DNA of 64,000 nt, taken from contig JAQBZO010000005.1 of assembly GCA_027622195.1 (NCBI GenBank), positions 18,861 to 82,860 of the forward strand, written 5' to 3'. Source of the stretch: Planctomycetota bacterium (GTDB lineage: Bacteria; Planctomycetota; Phycisphaerae; Phycisphaerales; SM1A02). Shown piece after piece: positions 38,819 to 47,412 of the stretch. The notes beneath the pieces were generated by a model that worked only from the letters and a program-made list of their open reading frames with translations, was not told the origin of the DNA and ran no database searches. The stretch's first letter is position 1. The number at the start of each line of letters is the position of its first letter. The position numbers and the translations under genes were made by a program.

Positions 38819-39238
38819 TCAGACCGCGAGGCGGCGTCCTACGAACCTGCACCGAACTGGCATCTTGTGAGCGATGCGAGCGAGTGCTTGCTTGGCGAGT
38901 TCTTCCGACACACCCGACACCTCGAAGAGCACGGTGCCTGGCTTGATGCATGCCGCCCAGTACTCCACGTCTGCCTTTCCCGTACCCATTCGTGTTTCCA
39001 GCGGTTTCTTGCTGATGGGCTTGGATGGGAAGACGCGAATAAACAACTTGCCTTGACGACGAAGGAAGTGCTGCGCCGCGATGCGGCCCGCCTCGATCTG
39101 TCGTCCGCTCAGCCAATGCGTCTCGAGAGACTGCAGGCCGAATTCGCCGAACGCGACATAATTGCCGCGCGTGGCGTTGCCCTTCATTTTGCCGCGCTGT
39201 TGCTTGCGCCACTTGACTCGTTTTGGAAGTAATGCCAT
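38819..39238 (-). CDS. rplP: 50S ribosomal protein L16
   Basis: 139 aa. MALLPKRVKWRKQQRGKMKGNATRGN. Confidence 0.95.
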   Translation of the reverse strand: MALLPKRVKWRKQQRGKMKGNATRGNYVAFGEFGLQSLETHWLSGRQIEAGRIAAQHFLRRQGKLFIRVFPSKPISKKPLETRMGTGKADVEYWAACIKPGTVLFEVSGVSEELAKQALARIAHKMPVRCRFVGRRLAV

Positions 39239-39262
39239 CAGACTATTCCTTCAATTCCGCGT

Positions 39263-39967
39263 TTAGCGGCGTCCTCTCGCACGGGCACGACCACCAGCGG
39301 CAGTGCTCTGATATTCCTCTTGAGTGTCGCCAGAGAACAGGCCCTTGAACACCCACACCTTGATGCCGATCACGCCGTAGGTCGTGGTGGCGTGAACGAT
39401 TGCGTAATCCACATTGGCTTGCAGAGTCGAGAGCGGAATGGATCCGAGGCGAGCGTCTTGAGTACGCGCGATTTCAGCACCACCGAGACGACCGCTGACT
39501 TGAATGCGAACTCCTTGTGCGCCGGCCTGCATGGCGCTTTCGCAGCGCATCTTCAGGACGCGTCGGAAATTGGCGCGCTTCTTGATTTGTTCGCCAAGAC
39601 CTTCGGCAAGCAAACGAGCATCGCACTCAGGATTGCGCACTTCGACGACTTGCACCGCAACATTGCGATGAGTCAGTGCTTCGAGTTCGTGCTGAAGTTG
39701 CTCCTTGCCCGCTCCCTTGAGACCAAGGACTTGGCCAGGACGAGCCGTCTTGATGATGACGGTCAGGAGTTCGCGCGTCCGCTCGATGTGAATATCACTC
39801 ACCGCGGCAAAGGGAGGCGTCCGATTGAGGCGCTTATCCAAATGCTTGCGGATCTTGTAATCCTCGACGAGCAGTTCTCCGAAGAGCGCCTTCGGGGCGA
39901 ACCAACGGCTCTTGTGCGCTTCGGTGATACCGACGCGGAATCCGAATGGATGAGTCTTCTGTCCCAT
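39263..39967 (-). CDS. rpsC: 30S ribosomal protein S3
   Basis: Track ORF 39263..40009 trimmed to ATG 39967 (MGQKTHPFGFRVGIT). Confidence 0.95.
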   Translation of the reverse strand: MGQKTHPFGFRVGITEAHKSRWFAPKALFGELLVEDYKIRKHLDKRLNRTPPFAAVSDIHIERTRELLTVIIKTARPGQVLGLKGAGKEQLQHELEALTHRNVAVQVVEVRNPECDARLLAEGLGEQIKKRANFRRVLKMRCESAMQAGAQGVRIQVSGRLGGAEIARTQDARLGSIPLSTLQANVDYAIVHATTTYGVIGIKVWVFKGLFSGDTQEEYQSTAAGGRARARGRR

Positions 39968-39969
39968 AG

Positions 39970-40314
39970 TTACTCCTGCGCTCCCTTGCGAAGATCCACG
40001 GCGACACAAATGTGGCTGGTGCGCTTCATGATTGGATGGGATCGACCACGGTCCTTCTCTTGGAACCGCTTCAAGGTTGGACCTTCATCAACGCGTGACT
40101 CACTCACGAACAGTTGTGAAACATCAGCGTCTGCTTGTTCAGCATTGGCGATGGCGCTCTTGAGCACAGTCTTGATAAACCATGCGCCGCGCTTGTTGCA
40201 AAAGTCGAGGGCTGTGATCGCTTGATCAACAGGACAGCCACGAATGAGGTCTGCGACAAGTCTCGCCTTGCGAGGGGCGATGCGCGCGAATCGATGTGTA
40301 GAGGTGTATGCCAT
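39970..40314 (-). CDS. rplV: 50S ribosomal protein L22
   Basis: 114 aa. ARIAPRKARLVADLIRG. Confidence 0.95.
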   Translation of the reverse strand: MAYTSTHRFARIAPRKARLVADLIRGCPVDQAITALDFCNKRGAWFIKTVLKSAIANAEQADADVSQLFVSESRVDEGPTLKRFQEKDRGRSHPIMKRTSHICVAVDLRKGAQE

Positions 40315-40325
40315 GAACCTATTCC

Positions 40326-40619
40326 TTACGCTGGCTTGTTGCCGAAATCGAGCCCTTCCTTCTTATTGGTGTGGCCCTTGAAAATGCGGGTGGGAGCGAA
40401 TTCACCGAGCTTGTGGCCGACCATGTCCTCGGTGCAGAACACATCCAAGAACTTGCGGCCGTTGTGGACCTGGAAGGTCTGACCAACAAACTCTGGGACG
40501 ATCGTGCAGGCGCGCGACCATGTCTTGATCGGAGTTTTTCGGGTGGCATTCGCCTGAGCTTCAACGCGCTTGAAAAGCTTCTCGTCGACGAACGGACCCT
40601 TCTTTGTTGAACGTGACAT
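40326..40619 (-). CDS. rpsS: 30S ribosomal protein S19
   Basis: 97 aa. [19 protein letters not shown]...HNGRKF. Confidence 0.95.
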   Translation of the reverse strand: MSRSTKKGPFVDEKLFKRVEAQANATRKTPIKTWSRACTIVPEFVGQTFQVHNGRKFLDVFCTEDMVGHKLGEFAPTRIFKGHTNKKEGLDFGNKPA

Positions 40620-40631
40620 CGTGTGTATTCC

Positions 40632-41486
40632 TTAGAGCTTGAGCTGACCGTAACGGCGGCTGTAACGCCGACGAAGAATTCGTTTATCGCTGGCCTTGCC
40701 GTACCCGCGGGTGCGACCGCCCTTCGATCCAGTGCCGCTTGCATTCGATGGCTCTTGACCACCCTTTGAGCGACCTTCACCACCGCCGTGGGGATGTTGG
40801 TGATGGCTCATTGCCACGCCGCGTGTGCGAGGACGACGTCCAAGCCAACGAGCGCGACCTGCCTTACCGAGTTTCACATTGCCGTGATCTGGATTTCCAA
40901 CGGAACCGACTGTCGCGCGGCATTCCACGCTCACCTGTCGGATTTCACCCGATGGCAAGACGATGGTGGCCCAACGACCTTCTTTATTGGTGAGATTGGC
41001 ACCGAGTCCTGCACTGCGAACCATTTGTCCGCCGCGACCTGGCTCCATTTCAACATTGTGCACTTGCATGCCCGTTGGGATGTGCTTGATCGGCAAGCAC
41101 ACACCAGGAGTTGGATCGAGTGGATTCGCGCTGCTCATCACCTTGTCGCCAGCGGTCAGTCCCTTTGGCGCGAGGATGTATCGAAGTGTTCCATCTTCAT
41201 ACTTCAGCAATGCGATGTGGCATGATCGGTTGGGGTCGTATTCGATTCCGACCACGATGGCGACCATGTCATCCTTCTGCCGCTTGAAGTCGATGACGCG
41301 GTAACGGCGCTTATGTCCGCCACCCTGTTGAATGACCGTGAGTTTGCCTTGAACGTTTCGTCCGCCGGACTTCGGCGCAGGACGCAACAGGCTCTTCTCA
41401 GGGCGCTTCTTCGTGACTTCGGCATGCATATTCACCGACGCGTTGCGTCGGCCTGCCGTTGTTGGCTTGTAAACTCGAATTGCCAT
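40632..41486 (-). CDS. rplB: 50S ribosomal protein L2
   Basis: 284 aa. MAIRVYKPTTAGRR...GGGHKRRYR...RGVAMSHHQHPHGGGEG. Confidence 0.95.
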   Translation of the reverse strand: MAIRVYKPTTAGRRNASVNMHAEVTKKRPEKSLLRPAPKSGGRNVQGKLTVIQQGGGHKRRYRVIDFKRQKDDMVAIVVGIEYDPNRSCHIALLKYEDGTLRYILAPKGLTAGDKVMSSANPLDPTPGVCLPIKHIPTGMQVHNVEMEPGRGGQMVRSAGLGANLTNKEGRWATIVLPSGEIRQVSVECRATVGSVGNPDHGNVKLGKAGRARWLGRRPRTRGVAMSHHQHPHGGGEGRSKGGQEPSNASGTGSKGGRTRGYGKASDKRILRRRYSRRYGQLKL

Positions 41487-41507
41487 AAAGGGTTCTTCCT
41501 TCGAAAC

Positions 41508-41786
41508 TCAAGCGAGTTCGATTTTGTCCTCTGGGTGGACGCACACAAGAGCGATTTTGACCAAGGGAAGCGTCACATAGCCATACTTGAATCCGCGCAT
41601 TTCACCCTTGCGATTTTGCGTCTTCACGCCGATGACACGCACCTTGAAGAGGGACTGAACAGCTTCCTTGATCTCAGTCTTCGTCGCGCGCCGATCCACT
41701 TCAAAAGTGAATTGATTGCCGACATCGATCGCAGCGGTTGCCTTCTCAGTCACGATTGGTTTACGAATGACGGTTGTTGGTTCCAT
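41508..41786 (-). CDS. rplW: 50S ribosomal protein L23
   Basis: 92 aa. IRKPIVTEKAT...FEVDRRATKTEIKEAV. Confidence 0.95.
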   Translation of the reverse strand: MEPTTVIRKPIVTEKATAAIDVGNQFTFEVDRRATKTEIKEAVQSLFKVRVIGVKTQNRKGEMRGFKYGYVTLPLVKIALVCVHPEDKIELA

Positions 41787-42446
41787 TTACGCAACCTCCT
41801 TGCCCTGGCTCTTTTCATAGACGGTGCCGGCAATGAATGCCTGAAGCGACGCCTTATCGAGAAGCAGGTAACGGTGATTGAGCAGATCAAACACATTGAG
41901 CTGGTCAATGCGCACGACATTCACGCCGTCGAGGTTTCGAGCCGAGAGGCGAGCATTGGTGTTGCCGAAGTCGACCGCCACGAGGCAGGATCTTTCGACG
42001 CCCACTGCAGCGAGCACGCTCGCGAAATCGCTCGTTTTTGCCTGAGCAAATGCCAACGAGTCCATGACCTTCACTTCGGCATCGACGAGTTTTGCAAGAA
42101 GTGCGTTGCGATTCGCAAGACGCTTCATGCGAGCAGGCATCTGGCTTCGGAATGCATCGCGCGTGCGATCCTTCTTGAAGGCCACGCCGCCGCCCTTACG
42201 GTTGGGCACACGGGACGCACCAACGCGAGCGTTGCCGGTTCCTTTTTGCTTATACACCTTGCGCGTGGAGCCGACGATGTCGCCGCGACTCTTCGTGCGC
42301 GCAGATCCTTGTCGTTGGTGCTCATGCACCGAGACATAGGCCTGCTTCAAGAGTGCTGGGCGAACTTTTTCGCCGAGCATGGCTGGGTCGATTTCGATGG
42401 TCTCGACCGTCTTACCTAGTTTGTCAAACACGGGGAGTTTGATCAT
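41787..42446 (-). CDS. rplD: 50S ribosomal protein L4
   Basis: 219 aa. GSTRKVYKQKGTGNARVGASRVPNRKGGGVAF. Confidence 0.95.
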   Translation of the reverse strand: MIKLPVFDKLGKTVETIEIDPAMLGEKVRPALLKQAYVSVHEHQRQGSARTKSRGDIVGSTRKVYKQKGTGNARVGASRVPNRKGGGVAFKKDRTRDAFRSQMPARMKRLANRNALLAKLVDAEVKVMDSLAFAQAKTSDFASVLAAVGVERSCLVAVDFGNTNARLSARNLDGVNVVRIDQLNVFDLLNHRYLLLDKASLQAFIAGTVYEKSQGKEVA

Positions 42447-42600
42447 TGTTTACCTTCCGACGGACACTTCCGTCACATTTCGCCTTTCCCTCCACGCGCC
42501 GATGAATTCGTGGCGTGTGGCAGGGATCGACTCAGGTCTCGAAACAGTTCTTGTCGCTGCTGCGTGGTTCCCTTGCGGGCCTTCGCAGCCATTCAGGCCT

Positions 42601-43287
42601 TTATTTTCCGGCCTGAATTCTTGCCTTTGGCTTGTAGAGTCGCGTTGCGGCTCGGATGATGAGATTTCCATTCGACGCCCCGGGAATTGCACCCTTGACG
42701 ACGAGTAGATGTTTGACGGGGTCAATAGCAATCACATCGAGCGAGCGCACTGTCACGCGCTCATCACCCATGTGACCAGCCATTTTCTTACCCTTTTTGA
42801 TCTTGGCGCCGTGACCGCGGTCTGTGCCGTGCGATCCGATGCTGCCGGGCGAACGATGCTTGCGCTCCGTACCGTGCGATGCGCAGAGTCCCTTGAATCC
42901 GTGGCGAACCATACCGCCCTGGAATCCCTTGCCCTTGCTTGTGCCGATGACATCAACGAACTTCACTCCCTCGAGCGATGACACATCGATGACTTGTCCG
43001 ATGGTGTATGCCAAGCTCTCGGCGTCATTCGCGCAGCGCACTTCACGGTGCACTCGGCGCGGATCAACTCCCGCCTTGGCGTCGTGACCGATGACTGGCA
43101 TGGTCGAGTTGCGAGCGTTCACTTCGCCAAAACCAAGTTGAACCGCGGCGTAGCCGTCTGACTCAATGGTCTTGACTTGCGTGACATGGCAGGGACCCGC
43201 TTGAATCACGGTCACGGGAATGTTCTTCCCACTGGCCATGAACCAACGCGTCATTCCAAGTTTTGTGCCGAGGATGGCAGCTGGCAT
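42601..43287 (-). CDS. rplC: 50S ribosomal protein L3
   Basis: Track ORF 42601..43326 trimmed to ATG 43287 ([16 protein letters not shown]). Confidence 0.95.
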   Translation of the reverse strand: MPAAILGTKLGMTRWFMASGKNIPVTVIQAGPCHVTQVKTIESDGYAAVQLGFGEVNARNSTMPVIGHDAKAGVDPRRVHREVRCANDAESLAYTIGQVIDVSSLEGVKFVDVIGTSKGKGFQGGMVRHGFKGLCASHGTERKHRSPGSIGSHGTDRGHGAKIKKGKKMAGHMGDERVTVRSLDVIAIDPVKHLLVVKGAIPGASNGNLIIRAATRLYKPKARIQAGK

Positions 43288-43360
43288 GTCTGTTCGTTCC
43301 ATTCTTGCCGGAGGTTCGTGCCCCACAAGGGCATCGGACGCGGCAGATCTTTAAGCAATA

Positions 43361-43668
43361 TCAGTTCGATGACAATTTCATGCGGATGAAGACACCCGCT
43401 GGAATCACGAGGCGATTAAGCGAATCAATCGTCCGAGGAGTGACCTCAGTGATGTCGATGACGCGCTTATGGGTTCGGATTTCAAACTGCTCGCGGCTCT
43501 TCTTATCGATGAACGGTTGACGGTGTAGATCTCGCGGCGAGTCGGTAATGGGATTGGACCCGCGACGCGTGCTCCGCTAATACGGGTCAAATCGATAATT
43601 TCCTTGGCGCTTGCGTCAAGAACCTGATGGTCGTACGCCTCGAGGCGGATGCGAATCAATCCAGTCAT
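43361..43668 (-). CDS. rpsJ: 30S ribosomal protein S10, reading frame broken near 43511..43516
   Basis: From ATG 43668: [52 protein letters not shown] is clearly S10. The track ORF then continues out of frame ([12 protein letters not shown]..., stop 43405). My translation of the -1 frame gives the canonical C-terminal half [50 protein letters not shown], with stop at 43361..43363. The span is 308 nt, not a multiple of 3. Confidence 0.85.
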
Positions 43669-43770
43669 TTGGTATCTGCGTCTCTCACAAAACCGATTCA
43701 ACAGCCATTCTTCAGAACAACCCGCCACGAGTGCGGATGGCTTGATGCGCTCATCACGGGGGAATCGGGC

Positions 43771-43798
43771 AGGATACCGAATCTAGATTCCATGTCAA
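43771..43798 (-). promoter_or_regulatory. candidate sigma70-like promoter of the S10 operon
   Basis: The minus strand reads TTGACA (43798..43793), 16 nt spacer, TATCCT (43776..43771), about 100 nt upstream of the rpsJ ATG. Confidence 0.4.
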
Positions 43799-43841
43799 CA
43801 GGGAGGGTGAACTCAGTGGCAACTCGGACTACGATCCCGTC

Positions 43842-45350
43842 GTGCACGAATTCTTCAACCGACCGATTTTGCGGCAACTTGCGGGTGTTTCCGCATTTTA
43901 TTTCATCGCCGGTTCGATCGCGGTGATGAGAGATGGTCCAGCATGGCCGCTCTGGGAACGGTCGGTATGTGCGTCCTATAACACGCAAATAGAACCGCCT
44001 GCTGCAAAGAGTCGAGCCACCTTGCTTGAGGCGCAGCCTGTTTGCCTTGAGACACTCGGGATTTCGATCCAAATGCCCCTTGGATCAAAACTCATCCGTG
44101 ACGCCACCGCATCGTTGCCCGGATTCACCATCCTGGACGGCAATCCAAGCCCCCGATTTCACATCCGCCTTGTGCCTCTTCGAAGTGAATTGGACTTCTC
44201 GAGTCCGAAGCAAGAGGTCCAGAGGCATCTCGACGCACTCAAGGCGCAGGGAGCGAACTGGGATGTCCTTCGCAATGTTGAGGTGAACTATGGCGACGCG
44301 CCTGGGCACGAATTGTGGATTTCTCAAAAACTGCCCGATGGCCTCGTCGCGGTCATGGGTTGGGCCGTCTCGCAGGTTGGCCCGCAGGATTTCCTTTGCT
44401 TTTCGGTCATGACGAGTGGCATGAACATGATCGCTGCCGAACGGACCCTCGACGCATCGCTCGCCACCATCGAGTTCATTCCAATGGAAGTGATTCGACA
44501 GCAGCAATCGGCGCGAACGGCTGCTGGTGCCGCGATCCTCTCTCGCCTGCGGGATGAAGAACTCATTCGCCAGATGGCTCCTGTCGAACCAACGTGGTAT
44601 CGAATCTACAGTCAGGATGCAGTCGGCAATGTCAGCGAGATGGGATACATGCTCGTCTCTGCCGCGATTGAGCCTCGAGTTGCCGTGGATTCCAACGAGC
44701 GCCCCACTGAAACGCACTCGATTTCTGCACAAGATAAAGTGCAAGGGCTTCTCGTTCGCGTTCGAAGTCGCGTGCTGATGGATCCAAAAGGATTCTCATT
44801 CTCTGACACCGATGCGCGCTTCTGGATCGCACTCGACCGCACTTCTGAAATCTGGTCTGCGATTGTGTCCGAACGACAAGCCGGAAAGGTGCGCACATTT
44901 GGACAGACGGGGATTCGTGCGACATTGTGTGAGGACGAACCTCGTCCACCTCTCGTGGTCGCGATGTCGGGAGCTCGAACAAAGGATGGAGACGCTCGCC
45001 GCTGGACTCCGAATCCTGAAACCTATCTCACGCAAGCTGAACATCATCTGATGGGACGCGTGGCAGCGGTGCTTCAGGAAATGCCCGCCGAGGCTGGATT
45101 CTTTGCCTACGAATCCACGACTCAAAGCGTTCCGTTTCGATTGGATCGTTGGAAGAAGACGGCGAGCGGTTGGACATTGGAAACTGAAGCAGTCCTCGAT
45201 GCTCCCCCTTCGATCAGCGAGTTTGATTCGCGTGGTGTCCTGATCAAGTCGACTGATGTTGGTGGGACGATCACCGAGCGAACCACCCACGATGCTTTGC
45301 TCAAGCGGTGGAAACAACTTGGACTTCCTGTCGAAGGACCAACCTCGTGA
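43842..45350 (+). CDS. hypothetical protein with N-terminal membrane anchor
   Basis: 502 aa with a GTG start. N-terminal hydrophobic segment LAGVSAFYFIAGSIAV. I recognise no motif. Its stop overlaps the next gene's start (GTGA). Confidence 0.55.
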   Translation: MHEFFNRPILRQLAGVSAFYFIAGSIAVMRDGPAWPLWERSVCASYNTQIEPPAAKSRATLLEAQPVCLETLGISIQMPLGSKLIRDATASLPGFTILDGNPSPRFHIRLVPLRSELDFSSPKQEVQRHLDALKAQGANWDVLRNVEVNYGDAPGHELWISQKLPDGLVAVMGWAVSQVGPQDFLCFSVMTSGMNMIAAERTLDASLATIEFIPMEVIRQQQSARTAAGAAILSRLRDEELIRQMAPVEPTWYRIYSQDAVGNVSEMGYMLVSAAIEPRVAVDSNERPTETHSISAQDKVQGLLVRVRSRVLMDPKGFSFSDTDARFWIALDRTSEIWSAIVSERQAGKVRTFGQTGIRATLCEDEPRPPLVVAMSGARTKDGDARRWTPNPETYLTQAEHHLMGRVAAVLQEMPAEAGFFAYESTTQSVPFRLDRWKKTASGWTLETEAVLDAPPSISEFDSRGVLIKSTDVGGTITERTTHDALLKRWKQLGLPVEGPTS

Positions 45351-46063
45351 ATCCCACATTACGAATCGCCGTGGCGATTCCTGTGTTTAACGAATGCAAC
45401 ACGATCGCGCGTGTCCTCAGTGAAGTGCGCGCTCGGATCAACAATGTTGTGGTCTTCGATGATGGTTCCACCGATGACTCTGCTTCATTGGCCGAAGCAG
45501 CGGGAGTACCCGTCGTGCGCCATCCGACCAACCTTGGATACGGCGCTGTGATGCAATCCGTACTGAGATGGGCACACAGTCAATCGCTCGATTGGGTCAT
45601 CACGATGGACTGCGACGAGCAGCACGAACCTGCATCGATTCCTGCATTTCTTGATGCAATCCGCAGCGACGACTCGGATGTGTTGAGTGGATCTCGATAC
45701 CTCGAACAATCGAAAATCAATGATGCCCCTCCTGCAGGGCGACGACGGATCAATGGAATCATGACATCCGAACTGAACGCTCTGCTGAAACTGAATATCA
45801 CCGATAGTTTCTGCGGTTTCAAGGCGTATCGGGTGAGCGCGTGCGCACCGCTTCAGCTTTCGTGCCCTGGATACGAGTTCCCCATCGAGTTCTGGATTCG
45901 CGCTGCTGAGGCTGGACTTCGAATCAGAGAGCTTCCCGTCAGTCTGATTTATAACGATCCCAATCGCAGTTTCGGCGGAGTGCTTGATGATGATCGACTG
46001 CGCCTCGAGCACTATCGACAGACACTCCAACAGGCCGTTCGTTGTGGCTGTGGAACGGCATGA
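45347..46063 (+). CDS. family 2 glycosyltransferase (polyprenol-phosphate sugar transferase-like)
   Basis: Track ORF 45308..46063 trimmed to GTG 45347. RIAVAIPVFNECNTIARVL...VVVFDDGSTDDS...NLGYG...MDCDEQHEP are the GT-A / GT2 DxD-type motifs. Confidence 0.75.
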   Translation: MNPTLRIAVAIPVFNECNTIARVLSEVRARINNVVVFDDGSTDDSASLAEAAGVPVVRHPTNLGYGAVMQSVLRWAHSQSLDWVITMDCDEQHEPASIPAFLDAIRSDDSDVLSGSRYLEQSKINDAPPAGRRRINGIMTSELNALLKLNITDSFCGFKAYRVSACAPLQLSCPGYEFPIEFWIRAAEAGLRIRELPVSLIYNDPNRSFGGVLDDDRLRLEHYRQTLQQAVRCGCGTA

Positions 46064-47412
46064 TTCACAGCACTCTGGTCGAGTTGCCTCGCGCCGTTGC
46101 GCCGCCGACAACGAATGACTTCTCCGCGGCGATCGACGAAACGCGAAGCGCGCTTGGGTGGACCTCCACTCGAATCATCGGCACCGGACACCAGGCCGCA
46201 CTCTGGCATCCTGGCATCTTGGCGAAGTTCATCGCGGCAAGGGCGTGGGCGAATGGCGCTAGAAGGTCCAGTCCATCGAAAGCGGTGTTCATCATCGCCG
46301 ACCACGATGCGAATGATGGAGGCCTCATCGCGTGGCCCTCGTGGACTACGACGTCGAATGGCACGCGGTCCACATTGTCGAAAGCACTCGCGCGAATCGC
46401 TCCCGACCCACGCGGGCTTGCCCTTGCGGCGATCCCCGCAGCGATGGCTCGCACGGTTGAAACCGATCCGCACGCCTTCGTGCGAATGACCGATCGCCTT
46501 GAGGCGATCCACGCTGCGATGCATCGCCACCACCACGCGAGGTCGCTCGCAGAGCAACTCTTTCGAACGAACATCGATCTTGTTGCGCCTGCACTGGCAG
46601 ACACCGAGACCATTGCGACATCCACGTTGATGAACACTTCGCTCGGGCGGGCCGTCGTCGAGCGTGCAGTGTCTGATCCACGCGCCCTCTGCACTGCCTG
46701 GAATCAGGCTCTCAGTGGGGCAACGCGCATTGCACGCCCCCTCCCCGATGATGGACGCACACTTCCGTTTTGGGTTTCGAAGCGCGATCAACCGCGCCGC
46801 CGCGCAATGGTGATCGATGCGCGGGCATGGCTCGACACTCGCGAGGACGGACTCCTCTTGCCTAGCGCGATACTGGCGAGCGGAATGATGCGCTTCGTGT
46901 GCAATGAGTGGATTCACGGGACTGGCGCGCGAGATTATGAAAACGCAGGAGCGCGTTTCTGGCGCACATGGATTGGATCCGCACCCCGTGAGTTCGCGAC
47001 GGTCACGGCGACGATGACTTTGGATATCGAAAGTCCTGCCTCAACCTTTCAACCGAGAAGCGAGATCGATGCGAACCGCGCGCGCATGAATCCCGAGGAG
47101 CTCGACGGGATGGATGCGGTGTCTGCTCGGCGCGCACTCGCCGAGTCCATTGCAACCATGACGCGCAAATCGTCCGAACGACGCGGTGCGTATCAATCAT
47201 TGCGCCGTGAAGTCTCTCGATCGCGTGATCGTCATGCTCAGCAGTTGAATGAGATGCATATGGACGAACGCGCACGTCGAATTGAGGCGTACAGCGAATC
47301 ACTTCGGGTGGACCGCACCTGGGGAGCATGGCTCCACGAGCGCGAGCAGATCGATGCGCTGGGCGCACTGCTCAGCGAACGGATCGAAAGTCAAATCACT
47401 CAGCAAGCGTGA
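46060..47412 (+). CDS. BshC-like protein (putative cysteine ligase family), tentative
   Basis: Track ORF 46042..47412 trimmed to ATG 46060 (ATGA overlap). IIGTGHQAALWHPGILAKFIAARAW...AVFIIADHDANDGG parallels the B. subtilis BshC segment GGQQAGLLTGPLYTIHKIISI...FWVAGEDHDLDE, which I quote from memory. The C-terminal part is helical and charged. Confidence 0.4.
   Translation: MIHSTLVELPRAVAPPTTNDFSAAIDETRSALGWTSTRIIGTGHQAALWHPGILAKFIAARAWANGARRSSPSKAVFIIADHDANDGGLIAWPSWTTTSNGTRSTLSKALARIAPDPRGLALAAIPAAMARTVETDPHAFVRMTDRLEAIHAAMHRHHHARSLAEQLFRTNIDLVAPALADTETIATSTLMNTSLGRAVVERAVSDPRALCTAWNQALSGATRIARPLPDDGRTLPFWVSKRDQPRRRAMVIDARAWLDTREDGLLLPSAILASGMMRFVCNEWIHGTGARDYENAGARFWRTWIGSAPREFATVTATMTLDIESPASTFQPRSEIDANRARMNPEELDGMDAVSARRALAESIATMTRKSSERRGAYQSLRREVSRSRDRHAQQLNEMHMDERARRIEAYSESLRVDRTWGAWLHEREQIDALGALLSERIESQITQQA

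Noticed and set aside
43405-43728. 107-aa track ORF taken at face value as intact rpsJ.
   Set aside because: The N-terminal 20 aa ([20 protein letters not shown]) precede the conserved start. The last ~50 aa ([19 protein letters not shown]...) are out of frame relative to the canonical S10 C-terminus, which is found in the -1 frame.
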